A stretch of 60,459 bases of DNA, taken from contig JAUCBJ010006862.1 of the NCBI GenBank assembly GCA_032718475.1, forward strand, positions 1 to 60,459. The letters run 5' to 3'. How positions within the stretch are numbered: position 1 is the stretch's first letter; every line of letters starts with the position of its first letter. The notes beneath the pieces are model-generated. The model was not told the origin of the DNA. It did no database searches and was given only the letters and a program-made list of their open reading frames with translations. The position numbers were made by a program, and so were the translations under genes. Shown here in pieces: positions 15,601 to 26,454 of the stretch. The DNA is from Nemertoderma westbladi (lineage: Eukaryota > Animalia > Xenacoelomorpha).

Positions 15601-17256
15601 GTAAATACTAAAAATATATTATCATACAAACCTGTAAATACAACAAAATATTATCATACAAACATGTAAATTAAAAAAATATATTATCATACAATCCTGG
15701 AAATACTAAAAATATATTATCATACAAACCTGTAAATACAAAAAAATATTATCATACAAACCTGTAAATACAAAAAATATATTATCATACAATCCTGTAA
15801 ATACTAAAAATATATTATCATACAAACCTGTAAATACAAAAAATATATTATCATAAAAACCTGTAAATACTAAAAATATATTATCATACAAACCTGTAAA
15901 TACAAAAATATATTACCATACAAACCTGTAAATACAAAAAATATATTATCATACAAACCTGTAATTACTAAAAATATATTATCATACAATCCTGTAAATA
16001 CAAAAAATATATTATCATACAAACCTGTAAATACAAAAAATATATTATCATACAAACCTGTAAATACAAAAATATATTACCATACAAACCTGTAAATACA
16101 AAAAATATATTATCATACAAACCTGTAATTACTAAAAATATATTATCATACAAACCTGTAAATACAAAAAATATATTATCATAAAAACCTGTAAATACTA
16201 AAAATATATTATCATACAAACCTGTAAATACAAAAAATATATTATCATACATCCTGTAAATACTAAAGATATATTATCATACAAACCTGTAAATACAATA
16301 AATATATTATCATACATCCTGTAAATACTAAAAATATATTATCATACAAACCTGTAAATACAAAAAATATATTATCATACATCCTGTAAATACTAAAGAT
16401 ATATTATCATACAAACCTGTAAATACAATAAATATATTATCATACATCCTGTAAATACTAAAAATATATTATCATACAAACCTGTAAATACAAAAAATAT
16501 ATTATCATACATCCTGTAAATACAAAAAATATATTACCATACAAACCTGTAAATACAATAAATATATTATCATACAAACCTGTAATTACAAAAAAATATT
16601 ATCATACAAACCTGTAATTACAAAAAAATATTACCATACAAACCTGTAAATTAAAAAAATATATTATCATACATCCTGTAAATACTAAAAATATATTACC
16701 ATACAAACCTGTAAATACAAAAAAATATTACCATACAAACCTGTAAATACTAAAAATATATTATCATACATCCTGTAAATACTAAAAATATATTATCATA
16801 CAAACCTGTAAATACAAAAAATATATTATCATACATCCTGTAAATACAAAAAATATATTACCATACAAACCTGTAAATACAATAAATATATTATCATACA
16901 AACCTGTAATTACAAAAAAATATTATCATACAAACCTGTAATTACAAAAAAATATTACCATACAAACCTGTAAATTAAAAAAATATATTATCATACATCC
17001 TGTAAATACTAAAAATATATTATCATACAAACCTGTAAATACAAAAAAATATTACCATACAAACCTGTAAATACTAAAAATATATTATCATACATCCTGT
17101 AAATACTAAAAATATATTATCATACAAACCTGTAAATACAAAAAAATATTATCATACAAACCTGTAAATACAAAAAATATATTATCATACAATCTTGTAA
17201 ATACTAAAAATATATTACCATACAAACCTGTAAATACTAAAAATATATTATCATAC
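3646..17256. repeat. 32-33-bp tandem array (left block); unit = PAQR3 splice acceptor plus exon start
   Basis: + strand unit TATCATACAAACCTGTAAATACAAAAAATATAT with variants (acc/atc, catcctg, taatta, caata, acta). Confidence 0.98.
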
Positions 17257-17258
17257 TC

Positions 17259-17777
17259 GCTCATTCGGGTCCTCCAGTATCGGTTGGTGGTCAGTCGAGT
17301 CCCGGAGTGTCGGTTGGTGCTCAGTCCGGTCCCCCAGTGTCGGTTGGTGCTCAGTCGGGTGGTACTCAGTCGGGTCAACCTGTGTCGGTTGGTGCTCCGT
17401 CTGGTCTACCTGTGCCGGTTGGTGCTCAGTCGGGTCCCCCAGTGTCGGTTGGTGCTCAGTTGGGTCCCATCATGCCGGTTGGTGCTCAGTCGGGTCAACG
17501 TGTGTCGGTTGGTGCTCAGTCGGGTCAACCTGTGCCGGTTGGTGCTCAGTCGGGTCCCCCAGTGTCGGTTGGTGCTCAGTCGGGTCCCCCAGTGTCGGTT
17601 GGTGCTCAGTCGGGTAAACCTGCGGCGGTTGGCGCGCAGTCCGGTCACCCAGTGTCGGTTGGTGCTCGGTCGGGTCAACCTGTGTCTGTTGGTGCTCAGT
17701 CGGGTCCCCCAGTATCGGCTGATGCTCAGTCTGGTCGACCTTCGGCGGTTGGTGCTCAGTCCGGTCCCCCAGTGTCG
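17259..17777 (+). repeat. 30-bp coding tandem repeat, about 17 units, VSVGAQSG(P/Q)P
   Basis: Unit CGGTTGGTGCTCAGTCGGGTCCCCCAGTGT and variants. Confidence 0.95.
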
Positions 17778-20666
17778 CCAAACACTACAGTGCCTCCTAC
17801 CGCCAGGGGGCACGGGTCTAATGCTGTTGCCTGGTTTGGGACCAGCTTACATTTAGACGTGTTCGCCGAATCAGTCCATAAGGTGCACGACGCGATCGTA
17901 CATTGGCGCCCCAACCTATTCCTCCTACCCCCCGGTGCGATCGGACGCGAAGTGGTTCAGGAGATGACTCGGCTGCTAAATATGTTTAATGCAGGGTCAC
18001 TATCTGGCGAGGCGGCGCTCACCGCGCAATTTATCTTACCCGCTCTGCTGCTACAGAAGCCCAGCCGCACTTCAACCACCGCGACCCACCGGAGAATTCT
18101 AGAACGCCGTATTTCTTCGTGGAAGTCAGGCGAGATTATCGAGCTGTTTAACGAGGCCAGGGCCATACAATCCCACCTCCCAAAGGTTTCGGCCCGGGCC
18201 AAACAACTCAGGAATACCGCGGCGGAGAGGGCTTTCTGTAAGCATATGTTAACGGGAAACGTTTCTGCGGCAGTGCGTACGCTGGATGAGATGGCCAAGG
18301 GTCAAGTGTTGAACCTGGATGAGGTAATCACCGACAAACATGGGGTTCGCAAGTCGGTTCGCGAGTTCCTCCTGGACAAACACCCCCCTCCAGCTCCAGC
18401 CCACGAGTCCACCCTTATCGGTGAGTCTGATGACGCTCCCGAATATCACAGCGTCATATTCGAGAGGATAGACGCTCAGTTGATCCAATCGATGTTTCTG
18501 CGCTTCCGGGGAACAGCAGGAGGGCCATCTGGTCTCGATGTCCAGGGCTGGAAGCACCTCGCGACACGGTTCCGCAACCCTTCTGTCGACCTGTGCACCA
18601 GCATCGCAAATACGGCGAAGAGGATGGCCCAATCTTCGAATGACCCGCGCGAGCTGGCATCCTTGCTAGCCGCCCGTCTCGTCGCTATCGATAAGTGTCC
18701 CGGGGTCCGCCCAATAGGAGTCGGAGAGGTCTTGCGGAGGGTCATCGGGAAGGCTATCATTAGCTGTATCTCGGAGGATCTCCAGAGCGTGGGCGGTACC
18801 ACCCAGATGTGCTGCGGCCAGAAGGCAGGTATCGAGCACGCCATCCACAGCCTGAATGACGCGTTTGCGAGCGACGACTGCGAGGCGGTGCTGCAGGTGG
18901 ACGCGAACAACGCGTTCAACTCGTTGAACCGCGCCGCAGCACTGCACAATATCCGCCATGTCTGTCCCTCTCTCCACACCGTTGTATCGAACTGTTACTC
19001 CCTCCCAACGAAGCTTTACATAGGCGGGGAGTTCATATTATCGGCCGAAGGATCAACCCAGGGCGACCCCATTGCTATGCAGATGTACGCAATGGGATCG
19101 ATGCCGCTGATCGGCGAGCTGGACGACGCGTCGGAGGTCCTTCAGAAGTGGTATGCCGATGACGCGAACGCGGCGGGAACATTGGTAGAGCTCCGTAAGT
19201 TCTGGGACCTGTTGGCGGAACGAGGGCCGCTGTACGGTTACAACCCCACAAAGTGTCACTTGCTCGTAAAGCCGGATCTGCTGGAGGAAGCTAAGCGGAT
19301 GTTCCCCGAGGAATGTTTTACCATCGGGACTGCTGGGAACAATCTCCTCGGTGGAGTGATCGGGAACGCTGAGTACCGGGAGGAGTTCGTCCGGAAGAAG
19401 GTCGACGAGTTTGTCGCCCAGTTACATCAACTCAGCAAGGTCGCAGCAATCGACCCGCACTGTGCCTACGCCGGCCTAGCTATCGGATTAGTTGCTCGAT
19501 GGAGGTTCATCGCAAGGGTTGTCCCGGGGGCCATGGATTTCTTCGAGAAGCTCGAGGAGTCCGTCGTCCAGTTCCTCCAGGGCCTGACCAACCGCCCCGT
19601 CATCACTCCCGAGGAGCGCGGGCTGCTCTCGCTACCAGTTCGCCACGGCGGGCTAGCGATCCCGACTCCCGAGGACTTACGAATCGAAAACGGCAACTCC
19701 AGGTGGATCTGCGAACCGTTTACTGAGGTCGTGGAACCGGTCGCTATAAGGGAGGCGCAAAAGTTCATCGCCACCCGGATCAAGGCGAGGGCCGTGCCGG
19801 CACTGAAGGAGAAGGTGGAGTCGGTTAGTTCGGACCTACCCGAGAATCAACGGAGGTTGACGGAGCTCGTGGCGGAACCTGGCGCCTCGGCCTGGCTCAA
19901 CGCGCGCCCCATAACCCTCCACGATACCCACCTAACTAAAGAGGAGTTCCGCGACGCATTGTGTCTGCGTTATGGGTGGCAGCCCGAGTCGCTCCCAGCC
20001 CGTTGTGCCTGTGGGACAAGATTTTCAACAAACCACATCTTGTCTTGTCCCACCGGCGGTTACCCGTCAATTAGGCACAACGAGCTCCGGGATTTCGTCG
20101 CCACAACGTTAACCGAGGTCGCTCATAACGTTGCCATCGAGCCGCACCTGCAGCCAATCACCGGCGAGCAGTTCTCCCGCACGTCCACTTCCGTGGACCA
20201 ACAAGCTCGGTTGGACGTGTCGGTCTCCGGGTTCTGGGGGAATCGATATCAAAAGACGTACATAGATGTATCCGTCTTCAACCCCCTCGCCCCGACCAAC
20301 GCCGCAATGGACGTCGACGCAGCCCACCTATTCCACGAAACCCGGAAACGCAACAAATATCTGGAACGGATCCGGGAAGTCGAGCACGCCACGTTCACCC
20401 CGCTGATATTCTCAGCGTTGGGGGGAATATCTCCCTCCACGACGCTGTTCGTGAAGCACCTCGCTTCAAAGCTGGCGGACCGGCGCGAGCTGCGCTACTC
20501 GGAGTGCGTGAGCTGGGTGCGGAGGCAGTTCAGCTTCGCGCTGCTGCGGGCCTCCCTGATGTGCATAAGAGGGTCGAGATCGGCACGGAAACGCCCAGTA
20601 TTTGTTGGGGCAGAAGCATCGCCGTCCATCTTGCTGGCCAACGCCGACACAAGGGTGGGACAGTAG
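17307..20666 (+). CDS. Retrotransposon ORF: decapeptide repeat, reverse transcriptase, CCHC knuckle, restriction-like endonuclease
   Basis: VRPIGVGEVLRR, DANNAFNSLNR, GSTQGDP, WYADD; CACGTRFSTNHILSC, RHN, E, RLD, D, KRNKY, FTPLIFSALGG. Frame is open from the element 5' junction and has no ATG there. Confidence 0.93.
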   Translation: MSVGAQSGPPVSVGAQSGGTQSGQPVSVGAPSGLPVPVGAQSGPPVSVGAQLGPIMPVGAQSGQRVSVGAQSGQPVPVGAQSGPPVSVGAQSGPPVSVGAQSGKPAAVGAQSGHPVSVGARSGQPVSVGAQSGPPVSADAQSGRPSAVGAQSGPPVSPNTTVPPTARGHGSNAVAWFGTSLHLDVFAESVHKVHDAIVHWRPNLFLLPPGAIGREVVQEMTRLLNMFNAGSLSGEAALTAQFILPALLLQKPSRTSTTATHRRILERRISSWKSGEIIELFNEARAIQSHLPKVSARAKQLRNTAAERAFCKHMLTGNVSAAVRTLDEMAKGQVLNLDEVITDKHGVRKSVREFLLDKHPPPAPAHESTLIGESDDAPEYHSVIFERIDAQLIQSMFLRFRGTAGGPSGLDVQGWKHLATRFRNPSVDLCTSIANTAKRMAQSSNDPRELASLLAARLVAIDKCPGVRPIGVGEVLRRVIGKAIISCISEDLQSVGGTTQMCCGQKAGIEHAIHSLNDAFASDDCEAVLQVDANNAFNSLNRAAALHNIRHVCPSLHTVVSNCYSLPTKLYIGGEFILSAEGSTQGDPIAMQMYAMGSMPLIGELDDASEVLQKWYADDANAAGTLVELRKFWDLLAERGPLYGYNPTKCHLLVKPDLLEEAKRMFPEECFTIGTAGNNLLGGVIGNAEYREEFVRKKVDEFVAQLHQLSKVAAIDPHCAYAGLAIGLVARWRFIARVVPGAMDFFEKLEESVVQFLQGLTNRPVITPEERGLLSLPVRHGGLAIPTPEDLRIENGNSRWICEPFTEVVEPVAIREAQKFIATRIKARAVPALKEKVESVSSDLPENQRRLTELVAEPGASAWLNARPITLHDTHLTKEEFRDALCLRYGWQPESLPARCACGTRFSTNHILSCPTGGYPSIRHNELRDFVATTLTEVAHNVAIEPHLQPITGEQFSRTSTSVDQQARLDVSVSGFWGNRYQKTYIDVSVFNPLAPTNAAMDVDAAHLFHETRKRNKYLERIREVEHATFTPLIFSALGGISPSTTLFVKHLASKLADRRELRYSECVSWVRRQFSFALLRASLMCIRGSRSARKRPVFVGAEASPSILLANADTRVGQ

Positions 20667-20753
20667 AGTCAGGAACTCATACCGGTATCATAAACAATTT
20701 CAAAATCAGTTTGGTTATTTTATATTATTTAATTCCCTTGTATGGTTTAAAAA

Positions 20754-23700
20754 AAAAATATATTATCATACAAACCTGTAAATACAAAAAATATATTACC
20801 ATACAAACCTGTAAATACTAAAAATATATTATCATACAAACCTGTAAATACAAAAAATATATTATCATACATCCTGTAAATACAAAAAATATATTACCAT
20901 ACAAACCTGTAAATACAATAAATATATTATCATACATCCTGTAAATACAAAAAATATATTACCATACAAACCTGTAAATACAATAAATATATTATCATAC
21001 ATCCTGTAAATACTAAAAATATATTATCATACATCCTGTAAATACTAAAAATATATTATCATACAAACCTGTAAATACAAAAAATATATTATCATACAAA
21101 CCTGTAAATACAAAAAATATATCATCATACAAACCTGTAAATACAATAAATATATTATCATACATCCTGTAAATACAAAAAATATATTATCATACAAACC
21201 TGTAAATACAAAAAAATATTATCATACAAACCTGTAAATACAAAAAAATATTACCATACAAACCTGTAAATACAAAAAATATATTATCATACAAACCTGT
21301 AAATACTAAAAATATATTATCATACAAACCTGTAAATACAAAAAATATATTATCATACATCCTGTAAATACAAAAAATATATTACCATACAAACCTGTAA
21401 ATACAAAAAATATATTATCATACAATCCTGTAAATACTAAAAATATATTATCATACAAACCTGTAAATACAAAAAAGATATTATCATAAAAACCTGTAAA
21501 TACTAAAAATATATTATCATACAAACCTGTAAATACAAAAATATATTACCATACAAACCTGTAAATACAAAAAATATATTATCATACAAACCTGTAATTA
21601 CTAAAAATATATTATCATACAATCCTGTAAATACAAAAAATATATTATCATACAAACCTGTAAATACAAAAAATATATTATCATACAAACCTGTAAATAC
21701 AAAAATATATTACCATACAAACCTGTAAATACAAAAAATATATTATCATACAAACCTGTAATTACTAAAAATATATTATCATACAAACCTGTAAATACAA
21801 AAAATATATTATCATAAAAACCTGTAAATACTAAAAATATATTATCATACAAACCTGTAAATACAATAAATATATTATCATACATCCTGTAAATACTAAA
21901 AATATATTATCATACAAACCTGTAAATACAATAAATATATTATCATACATCCTGTAAATACAAAAAATATATTACCATACAAACCTGTAAATACAATAAA
22001 TATATTATCATACATCCTGTAAATACTAAAAATATATTATCATACAAACCTGTAATTACAAAAAAATATTACCATACAAACCTGTAAATACTAAAAATAT
22101 ATTATCATACATCCTGTAAATACTAAAAATATATTATCATACAAACCTGTAAATACAAAAAATATATTATCATACATCCTGTAAATACAAAAAATATATT
22201 ACCATACAAACCTGTAAATACAATAAATATATTATCATACAAACCTGTAATTACAAAAAAATATTATCATACAAACCTGTAATTACAAAAAATATATTAT
22301 CATACAAACCTGTAAATACAAAAAATATATTATCATACAAACCTGTAAATACAAAAATATATTACCATACAAACCTGTAAATACAAAAAATATATTATCA
22401 TACAAACCTGTAATTACTAAAAATATATTATCATACAAACCTGTAAATACAAAAAATATATTATCATAAAAACCTGTAAATACTAAAAATATATTATCAT
22501 ACAAACCTGTAAATACAATAAATATATTATCATACATCCTGTAAATACTAAAAATATATTATCATACAAACCTGTAAATACAATAAATATATTATCATAC
22601 ATCCTGTAAATACAAAAAATATATTACCATACAAACCTGTAAATACAATAAATATATTATCATACATCCTGTAAATACTAAAAATATATTATCATACAAA
22701 CCTGTAATTACAAAAAAATATTACCATACAAACCTGTAAATACTAAAAATATATTATCATACATCCTGTAAATACTAAAAATATATTATCATACAAACCT
22801 GTAAATACAAAAAATATATTATCATACATCCTGTAAATACAAAAAATATATTACCATACAAACCTGTAAATACAATAAATATATTATCATACATCCTGTA
22901 AATACTAAAAATATATTATCATACAAACCTGTAATTACAAAAAAATATTACCATACAAACCTGTAAATATAAAAAATATATTATCATACAAACCTGTAAA
23001 TACTAAAAATATATTATCATACAAACCTGTAATTACAAAAAAATATTATCATACAAACCTGTAATTACAAAAAAATATTACCATACAAACCTGTAAATTA
23101 AAAAAATATATTATCATACATCCTGTAAATACTAAAAATATATTACCATACAAACCTGTAAATACAAAAAAATATTACCATACAAACCTGTAAATACTAA
23201 AAATATATTATCATACATCCTGTAAATACTAAAAATATATTATCATACAAACCTGTAAATACAAAAAATATATTATCATACATCCTGTAAATACAAAAAA
23301 TATATTACCATACAAACCTGTAAATACAATAAATATATTATCATACAAACCTGTAATTACAAAAAAATATTATCATACAAACCTGTAATTACAAAAAAAT
23401 ATTACCATACAAACCTGTAAATACAATAAATATATTATCATACATCCTGTAAATACTAAAAATATATTATCATACAAACCTGTAAATACAAAAAAATATT
23501 ATCATACAAACCTGTAAATACAAAAAATATATTATCATACAATCTTGTAAATACTAAAAATATATTATCATACAAACCTGTAAATACAAAAAAATATTAC
23601 CATACAAACCTGTAAATACTAAAAATATATTATCATACATCCTGTAAATACTAAAAATATATTATCATACAAACCTGTAAATACAAAAAAATATTATCAT

Positions 23701-26396
23701 ACAAACCTGTAAATACAAAAAATATATTATCATACAATCTTGTAAATACTAAAAATATATTACCATACAAACCTGTAAATACTAAAAATATATTATCATA
23801 CAAACCTGTAAATACAAAAAATATATTACCATACAAACCTGTAAATACTAAAAATATATTATCATACAAACCTGTAAATACAAAAAATATATTATCATAC
23901 ATCCTGTAAATACAAAAAATATATTACCATACAAACCTGTAAATACAATAAATATATTATCATACATCCTGTAAATACAAAAAATATATTACCATACAAA
24001 CCTGTAAATACAATAAATATATTATCATACATCCTGTAAATACTAAAAATATATTATCATACATCCTGTAAATACTAAAAATATATTATCATACAAACCT
24101 GTAAATACAAAAAATATATTATCATACAAACCTGTAAATACAAAAAATATATCATCATACAAACCTGTAAATACAATAAATATATTATCATACATCCTGT
24201 AAATACAAAAAATATATTATCATACAAACCTGTAAATACAAAAAAATATTATCATACAAACCTGTAAATACAAAAAAAATATTACCATACAAACCTGTAA
24301 ATACAAAAAATATATTATCATACAAACCTGTAAATACAAAAAATATATTATCATACAAACCTGTAAATACAAAAAATATATTATCATACAAACCTGTAAA
24401 TACAAAAAATATATTATCATACAAACCTGTAAATACAATAAATATATTATCATACATCCTGTAAATACTAAAAATATATTATCATACAAACCTGTAAATA
24501 CAAAAAATATATTATCATACATCCTGTAAATACAAAAAATATATTACCATACAAACCTGTAAATATAATAAATATATTATCATACATCCTGTAAATACTA
24601 AAAATATATTATCATACAAACCTGTAATTACAAAAAAATATTACCATACAAACCTGTAAATACTAAAAATATATTATCATACATCCTGTAAATACTAAAA
24701 ATATATTATCATACAAACAAACCTGTAAATACAAAAAAATATTACCATACAAACCTGTAAATACAAAAAATATATTATCATACAAACCTGTAAATACAAA
24801 AAATATATTATCATACAAACCTGTAAATACAAAAAATATATTATCATACAAACCTGTAAATACAAAAAATATATTACCATACAAACCTGTAAATACAATA
24901 AATATATTACCATACAAACCTGTAAATACAATAAATATATTATCATACATCCTGTAAATACTAAAATTATATTATTATACAAACCTGTAATTACAAAAAC
25001 ATATTACCATACAAACCTGTAAATACTAAAAATATATTATCATACATCCTGTAAATACTAAAAATATATTATCATACAAACCTGTAAATACAAAAAATAT
25101 ATTACCATACAAACCTGTAAATACAATAAATATATTATCATACATCCTGTAAATACTAAAATTATATTATTATACAAACCTGTAATTACAAAAAAATATT
25201 ACCATACAAACCTGTAAATACTAAAAATATATTATCATACATCCTGTAAATACTAAAAATATATTATCATACAAACAAACCTGTAAATACAAAAAATATA
25301 TTATCATACAAACCTGTAAATACAAAAAATATATTATCATACAAACCTGTAAATACAAAAAATATATTGTCATACATCCTGTAAATACAAAAAATATATT
25401 ACCATACAAACCTGTAAATACAATAAATATATTATCATACATCCTGTAAATACAAAAAATATATTATCATACAACCCTGTAAATACAAAAAAATATTATC
25501 ATACAAACCTGTAAATACAAAAAATATATTACCATACAATCCTGTAAATACAAAAAATATATTATCATACAAACCTGTAAATACAAAAAAATATATTACC
25601 ATATAAACCTGTAAATACAAAAATATATTACCATACAAACCTGTAATTACAAAAAATATATTATCATACAAACCTGTAAATAAAAAAAATATATTATCAT
25701 ACATCCTGTAAATACAAAACATATATTACCATACAAACCTGTAAATACAAAAAATCGATTACCATACAAACCTGTAAATACAATAAATATATTATCATAA
25801 AAACCTGTAAATACTAAAAATATATTATCATACAAACCTGTAAATACAAAAAATATATTACCATACAAACCTGTAAATACAAAAAATCGATTACCATACA
25901 AACCTGTAAATACAATAAATATATTATCACAAAAACCTGTAAATACTAAAAATATATTATCATACAAACCTGTAAATACAAAAAATATATTACCATACAA
26001 ACCTGTAAATACAAAAAATCGATTACCATAAAAACCTGTAAATACTAAAAATATATTACCATACAAACCTGTAAATACAAAAAATATATTACCATACAAA
26101 CCTGTAAATACATAAAATATATTATCATACAAACCTGTAAATACAATAAATATAATATCATAAAAACCTGTAAATACAAAAAATATATTACCATACAAAC
26201 CTGTAAATTCAATAAATATATTACCATACAAACCTGTAAATACAATAAATATATTATCATACAAACCTGTAAATACAATAAATATATTATCATACAAACC
26301 TGTAAATACAAAAAATATATTACCATACAAACCTGTAAATACAATAAATATATTATCATACATACCTGTAAATACAAAATATATATTATCATACAA
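20754..26396. repeat. 32-33-bp tandem array (right block), decaying to about 26450
   Basis: Same unit resumes after the retrotransposon tail; more divergent units (aatcgatt etc.) at the distal end. Confidence 0.98.
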
Positions 26397-26454
26397 AAAT
26401 ATATTATATTATACAAACTTTTAAAGTAAATACTAAAATACATCATGCAAACAA

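Larger units (their letters stand above)
17257..20753 (+). mobile_element. RLE-type non-LTR retrotransposon, probably CRE clade, 5'-truncated, with short poly(A) and up to 18-bp TSD
   Basis: GC-rich insert in the array; TSD AAAAATATATTATCATAC at 17239-17256 and 20754-20771; A run 20749-20758; single long ORF. Confidence 0.92.

Noticed and set aside
17230-17260. Idea that the satellite is a spliced-leader RNA gene array targeted by the CRE-like element
   Set aside because: The 33-bp unit is too short for an SL RNA gene and is fully explained by the PAQR3 intron-exon junction.
17106-17856. Alternative-frame and antisense ORFs over the 30-bp repeat
   Set aside because: Shadows of a stop-poor repeat; only the frame continuous with the RT is credible.
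3646-26396. CRISPR-like periodicity of 33 bp
   Set aside because: No unique spacers, no cas genes, eukaryotic context.
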